A stretch of 64,000 nt of DNA from contig OX597823.1 in NCBI GenBank assembly GCA_951406725.2, positions 92,194,001 to 92,258,000 of the forward strand, read 5' to 3'. The notes below the pieces were generated by a model. That model had not been told where the DNA came from. It saw only the letters and a program-made list of their open reading frames with translations, and did no database searches. Of the stretch, positions 47,534 through 64,000 are shown piece by piece; position 1 is the first letter of the stretch; every line of letters starts with the position of its first letter. Origin of the DNA: Octopus vulgaris (Eukaryota). A program made the position numbers and the translations under genes.

Positions 47534-50500
47534 GAAGAAGAAGAAGAAGAAGAAGAATATGTTGATGGGGATTTGAACGATTTTCTGAATATCAAATCAG
47601 CAGGAAGGAGCGAAACAACGAACTGAAAAACCGTTCTTTGAGGAGCTGGATTCGGGAGATAATAAAAAGAAAAATTGACAAGAGAGAAATATATGTTGTT
47701 TTGTATGCAGCAGGCTGCATTTGTATGCATCATCGTAACACCTGATCTGCATCAGAAAGCAGATGCAACTCATAACCCGACTGTCAATTAATTTTTCTTT
47801 TCCGCCCTCAAGTTGGAAAATGTTCTGGTGGCTTTTCATAATCTTTCACCCTTTTATACCCCGAAAGTATGTTCTGACATTGGTTTGGTCATTTCCGTCT
47901 CTGGTAAACAGAACCACTATTCGTTTTCATTTATTCTTCATGTTTTCCCTTTATTCGCTTCCATAATATATATGTATGTACGATGTTAGACTCCAAGCTG
48001 TTCTATAAAACCATGAATTCTAATTCGTCTTATAACTGACAGAGATAAATACACCGTTATAAAATAGTCATTATTCATGATTGCATCCTTCTTATCTGAT
48101 GATGATACAACGCAAACCAAACGAAGGAGCAATATGCTGATAAACTAACCTCCTAGTATAGCATAGCCTGCACGTATGGCACGAGACTTCGATCCTCCTA
48201 TCCTAGGTAGCACATCGAGTGCTGATTCCAGTCTATTTGATATCATTCATTTCGAAGTTCTTGGGCCTTGTATTGCGGTCCAGTTTTTTGTGCATTATCT
48301 ATGATTCTGATCAGCCAATCTCTGATTGAGCAATTTCGTATACTATTCCCGTTCAGCTGTCACCAGAACATTGATAATATCATTGGTTCTCTACCCGATA
48401 TGTAACATATACCTCTTATAATATAGAATCAACGCTACTTCAAAATGGCTTCTGAGAATGTCTTATTTGAATGGTTTCTTCACTAGCGACACTCTACATT
48501 GTTTGTCAACTTAAAGAGTTTTGATAGACATCGTCACGTTAATTTTGATTAAATTTGATAAAATAGATAGTATTCTCACAAATGACAAAAGAAATGACAG
48601 CTGCTGTGTATTGTCAAATATCTTTTAGCAAAGTCAATCGTTGTTGAGAAAAGAATATTATAAATTGTTAACATGTCAAGAGAGGATATCTCGTTCTTCA
48701 CTTCACATGTGTTTTTCCTGAAAAACTTGTTTGACAGCACCAAGCAATGTACTTGAGATGATTTAACCGGATGAGGAAGTGCAGTGCTGATGGCATTTTT
48801 TAGATTTCCAAAGGGGGAAAATGGGAAAAGAAGTAGAAACTTATCCTCAAATCGGGATCTATTTTAGATACCACAGAGTACAACTTCACAAAACAACTAA
48901 GCTGATAATATTAAAGTTAATTATGTGTCCCTAAAATGTTTTGTGACGGAGCAAAATTCACGACCCTTATTATTTTTTGTTCAAAATTCCTATTTTCGTC
49001 CAGAGGGTTTGTTTCGATCCTATCCTGTGACAGACCTTACATACCCAAGGTTCAAAGCTGTGAGATTGTGATAAAACATCATGGCGTAGTAAAAACACCC
49101 ACTAAAACTCTCTACGAATCATCATTGATATCGTTTCACCCCATGGGTCAAATCTACTTATGCGATATCATATTTTAATACTGCAATTTGTATATTTTTA
49201 CTCGAAATATATGTTCGGTACCCACGATTTCATTTCCCGCATAATTGTTAATTTCTATGAAATTTCTATGGCTTTATTGAAACTATCACTGTTACTTAAA
49301 CAAAAATTTATGATAACGAACTTATGCCGAATTGTAACATGTTAAATTCTCTTAATTGTGTAATATATTGATTATCTTATAGAAATTGCTACGTACGCCA
49401 CATAAGTATATCAAACGTGTAAGTATACCAAAGCTGTTAAGATTAAGCCAAACGCATGAGGCTGAGTAAAAACTGTAGTGGAGATAATGGAGACAATTTA
49501 ATTAGTAAATATTAATATAAAATTCAATACAGATATAATTAACATTAAGTAAAACATTGCTGACAGTTACAATCAATTAACGCTGTAATATAGAAAAGAA
49601 TTGGAGAGTAAGTGTCACATTGACAACAGAGTAAGAAAAACGTATATCTTTGCGAGTCATGGTATTCTCGTTAATCACGAATGTGATACCTCATCGTTCC
49701 GTAGGTTTTACATGTGTAGTTACACCGCAGCTCATCAACAGCAAGGCGAGGTATGTGCCCTGATCGGCTGTCATACTCATCCAAACTCTGTGAAGCCAGA
49801 GCCTGTATGGTATTTTTGTCAAGTAGACGATAGTTCGCGTCTAGGGAGCTAGGCGAACCACACAGGAAATGACACCCGAAACTCGACTGCCGATCCGGCT
49901 CTGACATGGGTTGCGGACCCTTCAATTAGACCACCACCTAAACAGACCCGAGAAATCCAGCCATCGAACGGATTCACGTAGTCGAACCAGGTGGGTGACT
50001 GCTTTTATGGCACACAGTGTGTTGTAGGGCTGCCCTGTCCTCAGGTCCATTCCATAAAAGTAGGCCCCGTCCTCCTACAGATTACACAGCACATCCAAGG
50101 GGTGCATCTATCTACCCAATAATCGCTCCCCAATGATCTAGACGGACCTATAATCTTTACTAGATAGTATCTCACACGAAAATATCTCGAGAGATATTCA
50201 AAAGGGAAAATAAATAAATGCAAAAATATCAAATATTAAAAAGGAAAGAAAACAATGTATTTTAATACGAAACGTTTGACTGGATAAATTGAATTAAAAT
50301 CTCTTGCAAAACAAAAACAAAAACGCACTTCGCCCCTATTGTGACTTTGACAATGTTATTGAACCGACTGAATGCCGAGGTCAGCGAACCTCACTAATGT
50401 TCCCCACTAGTGTCATTGTGGTAACCCGCAATCTGCAATTGGCATTGTGTCACCCGCGATGGGCTATTTAAGTCAGGAGAGCTACATGGTCGAATGATGA

Positions 50501-52047
50501 TGGGGCACGCATTATCACACTGTGACCCGTGGCCCTTTCTGGGCACGAATTTCTTTCTCCTTTTCATATAAGCTATTTACCTAATACCAACACTATGACC
50601 TTAGCTATTGGGCGATGGTTTTATCGAGCACTTGTTTGGAGAGCGTTTGACGGTTCCTTGAATTCACTAAAGAGACTTTGCCTTCTCCAGGAGGTTCCAG
50701 AACCGAAAAAACTTTCTTTCTCTCGGTCATCGATCACACAGCCCTACTAATTGACTCCAGTACTTCCCCGAACCTTAAACACAAAACACTCGCCCTGTTC
50801 AAGAGCCTGGCGATTTCCAAGATTTTTCGACCAATATATTTGCGTGTCTCTTCATTTTATATGCCATAGTGGACCTGCTATTTTAATGTCGATTCGAATG
50901 AAAAAGAAATTAGGAAGATAAAATTTGGCACATACCACGGAGCATTATATTAACTCAGATTCTATTTATGGTCACTAATACACGCCACACGCCACACTTT
51001 GTATATATTTTTCATTCATAATTCTAACTAAACAGAGAATGGCCTGATAAAATGAAATAAAGGCTAAGACAAATAAAGTAATACACTTTTCATGGAAACC
51101 AAATGTCGTTTGTAATAAAATTAGTGAAGTTGCGCCAAAAAATGCTAATTAAATTAACTAAATATAATTTTTTGGCAACTGTTTTTTAATTATACAACTT
51201 AAGACTACAAATAGTTCTCCTTTGTATTTTCATAAATATTAGTTATTGATCCTGATTTTTAATTTATATCTGAAATATCAGTCTACTAATTATATGTCGG
51301 AGGAAGACAAACGGTTTGTGATATGTAACGTCTTTGCAAGAAAACAAAATTTGGCTTGAGTTCGTGGCAGCCTGAAATATTTCAGCTAATTTCGGCATCT
51401 CATAGGGAATACATCTGCACGCTTCTTTTAATCTTGGAGAGGCAATTCAGTCAACATGTCAGTAGATTTGGTTGTTCATTGAGGTAATCTTAAGTGCCAT
51501 GCACCTGTTTTCAATAATTGTATTCGATGTTTGTTTTGCACGGTTCAATATCTATTGTATGTTCGTTATAAAGCATACAACCCTTTAGAGATTGACAGCA
51601 GAGCGCAAACTTCTCAAGACATAACGTGCCTTGTATCTGTTAAAGTTTACCATATTAACAACAAGTAGTTCCTTGTTGTTCCTTTTCAACAAGTTGAAAT
51701 TGTTATGTAAGCCAGCTGATTTACTAACATGCCTTCTGATAGTGGGTGGTGTTAAAATAATGGAAGATATCAGCATTAAGTTAACAAACTCTTCATCTAC
51801 GCAAGCAACTCAAATACTTTTATCACAGACATAAATACTTTTATCACATACATAAATGCAAATCACTATTTTTAATATTTATATTTCTATGTAACAGACT
51901 CATGAGATAAAGGACGGATATGTTTAGAACTTGATCAAAGAATCAGCCAAACTTCAGACGAGATAAGAAACATTATGTAATTTTCAGTTGGTTCAGAACT
52001 ATATCGCTATTATTATTATTAATATTATTATTATTATTAATAATATT

Positions 52048-52106
<59 letters not shown>

Positions 52107-52494
52107 TATTATTATTATTATTATTATTATTGTTTTTGTTGTTATCGGACAGTTTCAAGTGTTTGGTGGAAGCATCTACTCTGGCAGTGAGTGCTACTCC
52201 GTGCTGAGAGGGAAGAGGTTATCGTTGACATTTCGAAGTGTTGGAAGGTGAATGAATGCCTGGTGTATTTTGCTATTTCTGCTGTTAATGTAGTACGTCT
52301 TCTATTGTAGTTCATGAATCTGTCAATTTTATTAAGGGCCATGCATCATGGGTAGTATGTATTATAGATAATTTTGGTATTCTGTGGAATGTTCTGTTGT
52401 GACGTTTGTTGCTTGTAAGAGATGCGTTGATCGTGTTACTGTGTTAGATAAAGATTGTAAAATATATGCGCTGGAAGAATTGCTATAAAGAACC

Positions 52495-52845
52495 TAGGCA
52501 CAGGCGTGACTCTGTGGTTAAAAGCTTGCTTCCCAGCCACATGGTTCTGGGTTCAGTCCTGTTATTTGGCATCTTGAGAAAGTGTGTTCTACTATAATCT
52601 GACGCCGACCAGCAAATTGTACGTGGATTTGGAAGATGGAAAGTAAAAAAAAAGTCTCTCGTATACATATGTGTGTGTCCGTGTTAGTGTGTTGTGTGTG
52701 TGTGTGTGTGTGTGTTTGTCTGATGTGTGTGTGTGTCTGTCTGTGTGTCTGTGTGTGTGTTTTTGTTCCACACCAACGTTTGACAACCGGTGTTAGTGTG
52801 TTTCCGTTCACGTAACTTAGTGGTTTAGTGGTTCGGCAACAGAAT
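52495..52845 (+). mobile_element. CORE-like SINE, 3' truncated
   Basis: AGGCACAGGCGTGACTCTGTGG head, GGGTTCAGTCC B box, internal (TG)n. Confidence 0.75.
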
Positions 52846-53931
52846 GCAGGAGTAAATGTCCGATCGGGCGGAGTATCAGCTGAATCGGTGTTTCGATTAT
52901 TGCACCGCGATACCAAGGATTTTCTAGGCCACATACCAGCTTAAGTGATAAAAGTCCTAACAACAGCACTAAGCTTCTTGACTCAGATATTTCGACTCTG
53001 AGACAGAGATTGTTTCCTGTGCCACTCATCTCCTCTCTCTTGCGCCAGAAATAATGGCTTTCTTTCTCAGTAGCTTTTGAAAGTTTCTTTCTTTCCCCCA
53101 CAGCTACTCCAAAACTCCAATGTAGTGACAGAGCCTTATCGTTTAACGATTTCAGTTAACGAATTCTAGAAAGTTATGAATATGGCGTTAACGATAATAT
53201 GAACGAAAACTTAAGCGGTGAATGCTGATTAAAGAACTTTACATTTAAGAAAAGATCCCTACAATTTTATTGTCTAATTCTTTCAGCATCAACTCTATTG
53301 TATGTCAAAATTTGTCATCACCTCTGTCATAATTTATTAAATGAAATTTAGTTGAATTTAAGAACAGCAAATAAATATGTCAGTTAACTGGCAGAACACC
53401 ATGAATAGATATTTTCGAAAATTCTATATTATGTGGTCTAATTAATATTGATTTTTAAGTTTTTTTTATTTAAGTTTTTTATTTATACCATCATCAAGTC
53501 CACGTCTGTATATTCATATATTGATAAACTTATATTTGCATGCATACGCGTATACATATACATACATATATATATTTATGCACACACACACAAACATAAA
53601 ACGTAATGATGCTATAAGAACAGAATGGATGGAATCCCATTCATTTACTTACAGCTGTTTCTGCTCTTAGTAAAAGTGTAAATTTGTGTGTGGAGATGGC
53701 AAAGGAAAACCACTCTATTAATCATCCCGAATCTGGTCATGGTAGCTGAAGTTCCAGTAATCTACAAAAAGGCAGACATCCTCCCAGGTCGTATAAATGA
53801 TACTGGAGAAAGTTCGCATGTACAGGACCTACAAAAGGCAGAAAACCACTTCGCTACAGATATAATATACATATCAACATATATTTATATGTATGTATGT
53901 GTATACGTATATAAATGTATATATTCAATAT

Positions 53932-53962
<31 letters not shown>

Positions 53963-53982
53963 CAATTTATACACACACACAA

Positions 53983-54064
<82 letters not shown>

Positions 54065-54076
54065 TATATCTTTTAT

Positions 54077-54671
<595 letters not shown>

Positions 54672-54859
54672 CATATATATTTACATACATACATATGGTA
54701 GAAAATATTCTAGCGGGGAAAGATGCGCGGTGGATATATATATGAGAAAGAGATAAGATGAAAAGGCACAAGTTTCTCTCTCTCTCTTCTCTCTCTCTCC
54801 TTCTCTCTATATATATGTATATATGGTAGAAAATATTCTAGTGGGGAATCACAGGCGCT

Positions 54860-55034
<175 letters not shown>

Positions 55035-56029
55035 CATAAGATGAAAAACACAGAAGCTTTGTTTTACAGGATTTAAGGGGATTATAAAGATATACAATTT
55101 TGTACAAAATAAGGTTTTGTTCTTGCAACATAATTGAAGTAAGGACCGGTTTCGCTTTGCTCATCAAGCTGAGAGTTGGAAAATATATATTGCTAGGAAG
55201 GAAAAATATATATTGTGAGGGGAGATAATTGTTCACTCATTTATTTTGCAATTAAAGGGACGTAAATCTGTAATTTAAATTTTTTTTTGTTTTTTTAGTT
55301 ACATACATATATACCTACATATTCAAATGTGTCTGTGTGTAATATATATGCATATATATATACTAACAATTATGATTATAATATTTTCAAAGTTATGCAA
55401 TCGTGAATAAATATGCTTGATGGTTCCAAATTTGCGTTGATCTCGCGTTTTCAACCTCCATATTTTTGAGCAACATTTGTAAAACTAAAGCGAAAGTCAT
55501 CGGTCTGAAATCCTGTTACTTGAATTGCTGTTGGTTCTCTTACAGTTGTTCTTGCTGTTGTTGCTTCTGTGTCATACATCATTATAAAATATGGATGTCT
55601 GCATATGCTGTTCCCTTTCTCTATGTACGTATCTCTTCTTGCTCGAGCCGAATAACTTATCTTATTTCTATCTTCTTTCATTCTGTCCAGTTCTTCCAGT
55701 TATCGTTAATATTGTTGTTATTGGTGATGATGTTGATATTGTAATTTTCAATTTTCAGTCTAGCTTTACTGTGAATTAAGATGGCCTAATCGATAGCATA
55801 TCAGAAAGCCATCTGAAACCTTTCTAGAGCACATATATCGTTTTCCCACTTCTACACCGTGTTTATAAGAAGATATTCAACGCTGAATGCTTAAATCTTT
55901 TTAGTTACTTGTACATAGTATTACTGATAGAATTCGCAACTGCAAGTAGTGGCCATATCTCTTCGACTTATTTCAGCGATTTCCTGTTTCGACATCATCT
56001 CTATATCTGATATAAAACTTGTTACTGTT

Positions 56030-56408
56030 GCTGTTTGTTTGTTTGTTGAGCGAAGCGGTCTTCGTCCCAGTAGTGGGAGAAGTCCGAAACCTGGTCCTTC
56101 GCTATTCGTAAGACCCACAGAAGAGAAAGCAGGTCAACCCCCGACACCGAGAACATCGACGGATGGATGAATGCTCATCCAGGCTCAGCGGTTGCGTAGG
56201 AAGTCGGGGACAAGAAAGAGGAAAAAAGAGTGAGAGAAAGTTGGAGCGAAAGAGTACAACAGGGGTCATTACCATCCCCTGCCGGGGCCTCGTGGAGCCT
56301 TCGATGTTTCCGCTCAATAAACATACGCAACGCCTGATCTGGGAATCGAAACTACGATCCTCCGACCGCGTGTCCGCTGCCCTAACCACTGGGCCATTGC
56401 GCCTCCAC
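56030..56408 (-). mobile_element. tRNA(Arg)-like SINE with (AAAC)n tail
   Basis: Reverse complement GTGGAGGCGCAATGGCCCAGTGGTTAGGGCAG...GTTTCGATTCC; same head at 60157-60240 (+). Confidence 0.75.
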
Positions 56409-56939
56409 TTACTGTTGCTGTCTCACAAGTTCTGACTTGTTGCAGTACGAAGTGCAATCTTCAGTTAGAGATAACTTGAGCTATGAAACATTATGGTTAA
56501 TACAGTCATTAAGCTTGTGCTTCAAGAATTTGTATTCAATTCGGAATATAGTTGTATGTCGTAAATGCTGTTCCAATGCAACCAGAAAAGATGTGCAAAA
56601 TGGTTCTCCTGCATTTTCCTAACTTGTACTGTCCACTTGAATTTTAGAAATAATTTCGGAAAATTAGAATTTTGTAACAGATTTCATTCCTTAATTGGAG
56701 ATTTAACGTTTTATAGTTCAGTTTAATTTCATTTCTATTATCTGCCCCTGTAACATCCACCGTCCTCATTCGTTTGATTTCCTACTTTATTCATAACGTA
56801 TATACACACGTATACGTCCATACCCACCCAGATATCGATGGTGTATATATGTGCGAGCCTGCCTCTCAATCTCTTCCTCTTTCTCTCTTTACACTCACAC
56901 ATACACAAACACACAGTTATCATCGTTCCTCGCATCAAT

Positions 56940-58530
<1,591 letters not shown>

Positions 58531-60914
58531 TCTGAAGTATGTTTATCACCAGCGACCTTCAAGCCGCTTTCTCTCACATCAACTTTAAACTCAGGTTCGA
58601 AGTACCAGCAACCGACTTATTCTTTTCTACAATTATAGGAAACATCGCCAAATCACAAGGTACCCTCGTTTCTTTAACTACCTACAACTCACTTATTCTT
58701 TCCTAAAATGTTAGGAAACATCGCCATATCACAAGTTACCACCGTTTCTTTGATCTAGTAATTTAATCAGAACTGATATTGGTCTTCAAATTGAAGTAGT
58801 TACTTCTATTCTCACCAATCGCTTCAAACTCTTTCTATTTCACCTATTTTGTCTTTATAATTATCATCTCCCCTCTCTGTTCCTCCCTTTCCAAGGCTAT
58901 CCACAAGTTTGAGATACACTCTTCATACTTCATATATCATTTACAAAACAGGTTATACTTTCACATTCAAACTTATCGTTCCTATTCACACATGTCCCGG
59001 ATCTCAAAGTTAATGGATAAAACCATTAACGACCTTTCTAAACAGCCAGAAAATATCTCCTTTTCCACACCAAATGCATAGATTTCCTAAAACTTGATAA
59101 ACCACAAAACTTTCCCTCAAAACTATTTGTATCAAAATCCTTTTCTCTACATTTCGGCAAAAGTTTCCAACGTATCACGGCCACAATCTCCCGTAAAAGA
59201 TTCCTACGAACTCTCTCTTTCTCTCTCCATTCTTGATTCAGTTCTTCCCTGTAACGCAGTATTGTCGCGATGTATACCAATACCAATCTCTGTGGTCAGC
59301 AGTCTATGAACTAAGGGTTACATATGGGGCTAGTTTTGACATACATTCTGCTTCTGCTTTGCCTTCACTCAGTACCTAGAATATCGCATTAAATACTAGT
59401 CTTACTAACACTGATGGTTTTTGCGGCAGCGCATGTCTTCATCATAGCAAACACTATAGAAACCACGAGCCTTTTCTTTTCATTTACTAGAAATAACCCG
59501 CTCCCAATAAGCTATAGAATTCGGGCTAAACCTTGAATGCAGTATGGCCCCATATGTAAAATACTGCAGCTGCAATATTCATTTGTATCCCAGAGCACAT
59601 CTGAAGAAAGTATAAGCCACATATTGATTTAAATATATCTCACACCCACCCTGTCATTTCTCGATATCCAATGTATTTCTTCTGTCAGATAACATTATCA
59701 AAGCATTTCGCGATAGCGCTCTCGCCTCTCGTTTATCTCTTGCTCTTCAGATTAATGACGGCTGGTCGTGTGCGATTTCCTTCCAAGCATTCTTAGCTCA
59801 GACCTATTTTCTTCTCTCTTCCCTCATATTGTCCACATTACACCCATGCCATAGACTAGCCACAACCCACAGTTATTCTCTCCGAAATTATTTCAATGCG
59901 TATGTTTTTCATGTAGCCGTTTATTTCTAGTAATTCAATAAGAAGTTTGATGGCATCAGTCTCGCCGCTATGCTACGGCATGTTAAAGACCAGGTCACTT
60001 GCTCTTTTTGTGGATCGAATAAAAGTAAATTCAGGAATGATTAAGTATATTAAAAAGTAGTAATAGAGAAAATTTATAAAATACTTATAAAAGAAACAAA
60101 CATCAGCAGCGGAGTTAAACCAAATCACCAGCATTTATAAGCAGCAGCTTCCGGAGTGGAGGCGCAATGGCCCAGTGGTTAGGGCAGTGGACTCGCAGTC
60201 GTAAGAACGCGGTTTCGATTCTCAGACCGGGCATTGTGAGTGGTGGGTGAATCTTCAAGTTGCCACACGCATTCTTAGCAGCTTAGAGTAGGCTCGAATC
60301 AGAGATTATTCTTTGTGGCTAATGGCGTAAGTCCTGAATGGAAGAAGAAGAAGAAGAAGAAGAAGAAGAAGAAGAAGAAGAAGAAGAAGAAGAAGAAGCA
60401 TCCGGAGAGTACGTTGGTTAATTTAGCTCTCTTAGAAAGTCAATTAATTAATTCCCGGTCTGGGAATCGAAACCACAATCTTGAGGTCGTGAGTATAACA
60501 CTCGAAACACTAATCCACGAGTTTTCACTTCAACAACTTAATTACTTCGAAAACAAAAGAAAAACATAACAAGGAATATATTTCGTTGTTTGTTGAGTTC
60601 ATCTTTGCAAAATAAAATACGGTTGTTTTAAATAGAGAGAAAGAACCCGGCCGCAAATAGAGGATTACAGTAAAAAACAAAACAAAACAACACAAAAACA
60701 AGAGAAAGCTATCGAGAGAAAAGCAAATGGAAGTTAATTAGTATAAAGTAATAGGAAACAATAAAATATATTCATCTTTTGTCTTTGTATTAATAAATAT
60801 GAACAACAGGGAAGCATTCATAGTAAAGATGTAGGTTTACTTAACGGGGAAAAACCAGCAGGAAATAAAAATAGATATAATTAACATGTAATATAATACA
60901 ATATAATATAATAT

Positions 60915-60969
<55 letters not shown>

Positions 60970-61642
60970 TGTGATTCGAAAATATAACTGAGAATGTAAA
61001 GGAAAACACTTATGGAAAACTACCTGTCGGTAGTTAATAACCTATTAGAGCAGGCAGAACGGAATTGAGCCAATATGAGCGGTAACAATGAGTGAAAAGA
61101 TTTCTAATTAAGGTAAAAGTAGGGATAGTCGCCATTTGCTGCTCAAGAAGATCAATGTTTGCAAACAAAGAAACAACAACAACAACCACAACGACAACCA
61201 CAGCAGAAAAAAAAAACGAAGATTAAATTAGCTTCTGTTGATGTTAGTCAAGAGAATGTATTATTATTATAAGAATAATTTGGTCACGTGATTTCTGGTT
61301 ATGTTTTTCCATAGAAGAAAAATAGAATGTTTCCGGCAAAAGACGTAATTGTTAAATGGCAACCGTACAATGCGTCATATATGTGCACACTTAATACAGC
61401 AAGAATAGAGGTTACTTTTATAAGCGTTTTCAAATTCAGCTCTATGATATCGACGTGGTATCATCATCATCATCATCATAATAATAATAATAATAATAAT
61501 AGTAATAATAATAATAATAATAATGATGATGATGATGATAATGTTGATGATGATAATGTTGATGATGATGATGATGAAAGTAATTATAATGATTATGATG
61601 ATAATGATGATGATGATGATGATGATGATGACGACGATGATG

Positions 61643-64000
61643 ATTTCATTTATTTGCCCCAAGGGTGCAGGATTACGGGGACAATACAAAGACAGACTTA
61701 AAGTGTGGGGGTTTACATATAATGAAATGACAAAAAAAAAAATGAAAGAAAGAAAGAAAATAAGCTTACACGGTAAACACTGAAAAAGAAAGGGCATATG
61801 TATATAATAGACAGAGGTACCAAAAGCGTGTCGGGGAGGATGATAGAGATGTGGCCCTCCTGATACAGGAACGCCTCTAGGGATAATCGAGGAACCCCAC
61901 CCTCCGAGATTTCTCTGAAACCAAAGAGCAAGTGCCCTCTCCAATTCCTTCTCTCTGACACACAGGTCTACACTTAGTGAGGTACCACCCACACTTGCCA
62001 TTTTAACAACTTTCCCTACCATTCAATAAACTCACTCGAGGGCAGCACTTATATCTCCACTCTAAATTTCCTCTTCAAGTAAAACTTGAAGAAGTCAATG
62101 AAAGCTCTGCCAAAGAGGAATGTATCTGTCTTCATGCATTTCAGCCTTGCCCAGCAAATAGTCTCTTTCGCCACAGCCACCAGGCAAAGGAAACTGCCTT
62201 GCCATCCCGATAGAAAGAAGGTGCCGATACGATCATCAGTACAGACTCGACCGACAGAGGGATCCATCCCACCCATGACAGCAGCTGTTCGACATAGCCA
62301 CACAATTCAGCACTGACCGGACACTGAACGAGGGCGTGCAGAACGGTTTCATCGCTCTGCGTGCACCTCGGACAAGCCCGTCTGACAGCACATCCGTACC
62401 TGTAGGATTTATCTCAAACAGGTAAGCGTCCCGCGGTAGCATTTCCAGGCCAAGATCTGGAAATTGTACATGATAGTTCCCAACCGGAAAGTCTTCCAGT
62501 ACAGACTAGCCAGTTCATTCTCGTCAGTGCCCAGAGTTTTTCCGAGAATGTCGTCACACTTACCTGCCACTAATCCCCTAAAGCGGAGTACCCACCGATC
62601 CCATTGCCCGACTGGTACAGGGCTGTGAGCGCCTGACGACATTCAAGGTGCCAGGCGCTTAGTCTCGATCTTTTCTTCACCCAGGATTGCAGCTCCGTCA
62701 AGGAGACTAGTTGCGGAAAGACGAGCCTCAGAAACGGGGTCCACACACCCTCACCGTCCAGAAATCGTTGCGGGTGGCGTAACGTAATGGCGTGTCTGCG
62801 CATTAGGTGCCACAGCATACCTACCCCGCCACTCACAGGATGCTGGTTACGAATTGGCCGCCTGATTATTGGAACGCATCCTTCTACAATTTAAAGGAGG
62901 CGCTCCGACTTGGTCAAACGGTAACCGGGGCAAAGCACGACGGTAAGGCGATAAATGATAACTGAGGCGATGGAAGCATTCACCACATTAGTCCGATCTT
63001 TAGGCGACAGTTTCCTTTCAGCTCATTTCTGGGTAAGACTAGCCACCCTGGTCGCACCTCGTCCTATTTTTTTATCAACCTAGGGGTCGGTAGCAAACCA
63101 GATCCCGAGAAGTTTATCTGGTCCGTCGGTCCAGCGTCATCCGGTGGCATCGTCCTGCCTCTCCAGGAGCCCAACCACAAATCCACCGCTTTGTCGGCGT
63201 TGATTTTAGCCCCTACAACAGTCTCATTTTCCTTTAGGATTTTGCTGACCGTCCCCACTTGGGAGGTGCCCGACACCATGATGGTGGCGTCATCCGCGTA
63301 TGCCCACACCACTCTTCCATGTCCCTGTTCGAAAGGAGGACCCTCAATTGTTCCTACTTACACAGCTTCCGCTCGCCTGACAATACATACAGAAGAGGCG
63401 ACAGCGGGCAGCACTGACAGACCGAGCATGCGCTGCCAAACGGCTCCGTTAGGTGGCCGTCTTCTTTCACCACCGAACAGGTGTCACTGTGCATTGCAGC
63501 GACCCAGCCTCTGAAAACGTGTCCGAAACCGTCTGCTGTCGGGACGGCTTCCAAGTAGAGATGGTCGATCCTATCGAATGCTTTTGATTGATCCAAATTG
63601 ATTAGAGCACCCCCGAAGCCAGCTTTGGTCCCAGCCCTCTCTATGATATATCGCATAAGGTGAAGGTTGCTGTGGATAGACCTGTTCTAGACTGCACACG
63701 TTTGCGCTTCTCCGACCAGGCTACCGACGACAAACGCCAGCCTTTTCGTTAAAACCTTGGCCAAAATCTCAAACTCTGTCTTTAGCAGAGTTATGGGCAA
63801 AACATTTTCTAGTACGTCCCTATTGTCGGCGTATGCCTCCGCAGTGTCACCACACCTCTGCCAACAGCACTAGGAATTCTCCCGTTCTGCTGCCAGTTGC
63901 GGTAAACGTTTGCCAAGAGTTTGCCAATCAAATCTTGCATGAATACATAGAATATCGAGTAAACCGTCCAAACCGGGCAATCTGGGACTTGTTTGAGCGC
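61643..64000 (-). mobile_element. decayed Tx1-like LINE family 2, runs off the window
   Basis: GGALINLDQSKAFDRIDH, QCCPLSPLLY, AYADD, KIN, MRRHA remnants parallel to ORF2 at 35404-38807. Confidence 0.88.

Noticed and set aside
52860-53130. 94-aa ORF at 52817-53101
   Set aside because: It faintly resembles an RLE-LINE C-terminus (E..S.YFW.KRE) but is too weak to call; not a host gene.
58780-59950. Very old CR1/L2-like LINE remnant
   Set aside because: There is only one vague motif, and boundaries cannot be supported without a profile search.

Overview
AT-rich, microsatellite-dense animal genomic DNA. The repeat families point to an octopus (coleoid cephalopod); this is an inference. No host protein-coding gene can be supported, and the window is almost entirely mobile DNA. 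It holds (1) a full-length decayed R4/Dong RLE-type LINE (~4196-8316, minus) sitting in (TAA)n, and (2) a near-intact 5.35-kb Tx1/L1-type LINE (35156-40510, minus) inserted with a ~16-bp TSD inside a tRNA/Nin-type SINE. That SINE family has copies carrying the LINE's own 3' tail, and one such copy is inserted at the same nucleotide of another SINE copy. There are also (3) two decayed copies of a second Tx1 family, and (4) many Penelope-like (PLE) remnants with about ten hammerhead-ribozyme motifs. These include tRNA-headed, hammerhead-tailed SINE-like elements with an inverted terminal arm, a 439-bp terminally redundant retrozyme-like unit and a 658-bp foldback. Finally there are (5) Tc1/mariner, Merlin/hAT-type and Helitron-type non-autonomous elements, RTE fragments and three tRNA-derived SINE families. 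The most interesting signals are the tRNA-hammerhead SINEs and the Tx1 LINE/SINE pair that appears to target the SINE itself. All alignments and RNA folds were done by eye.
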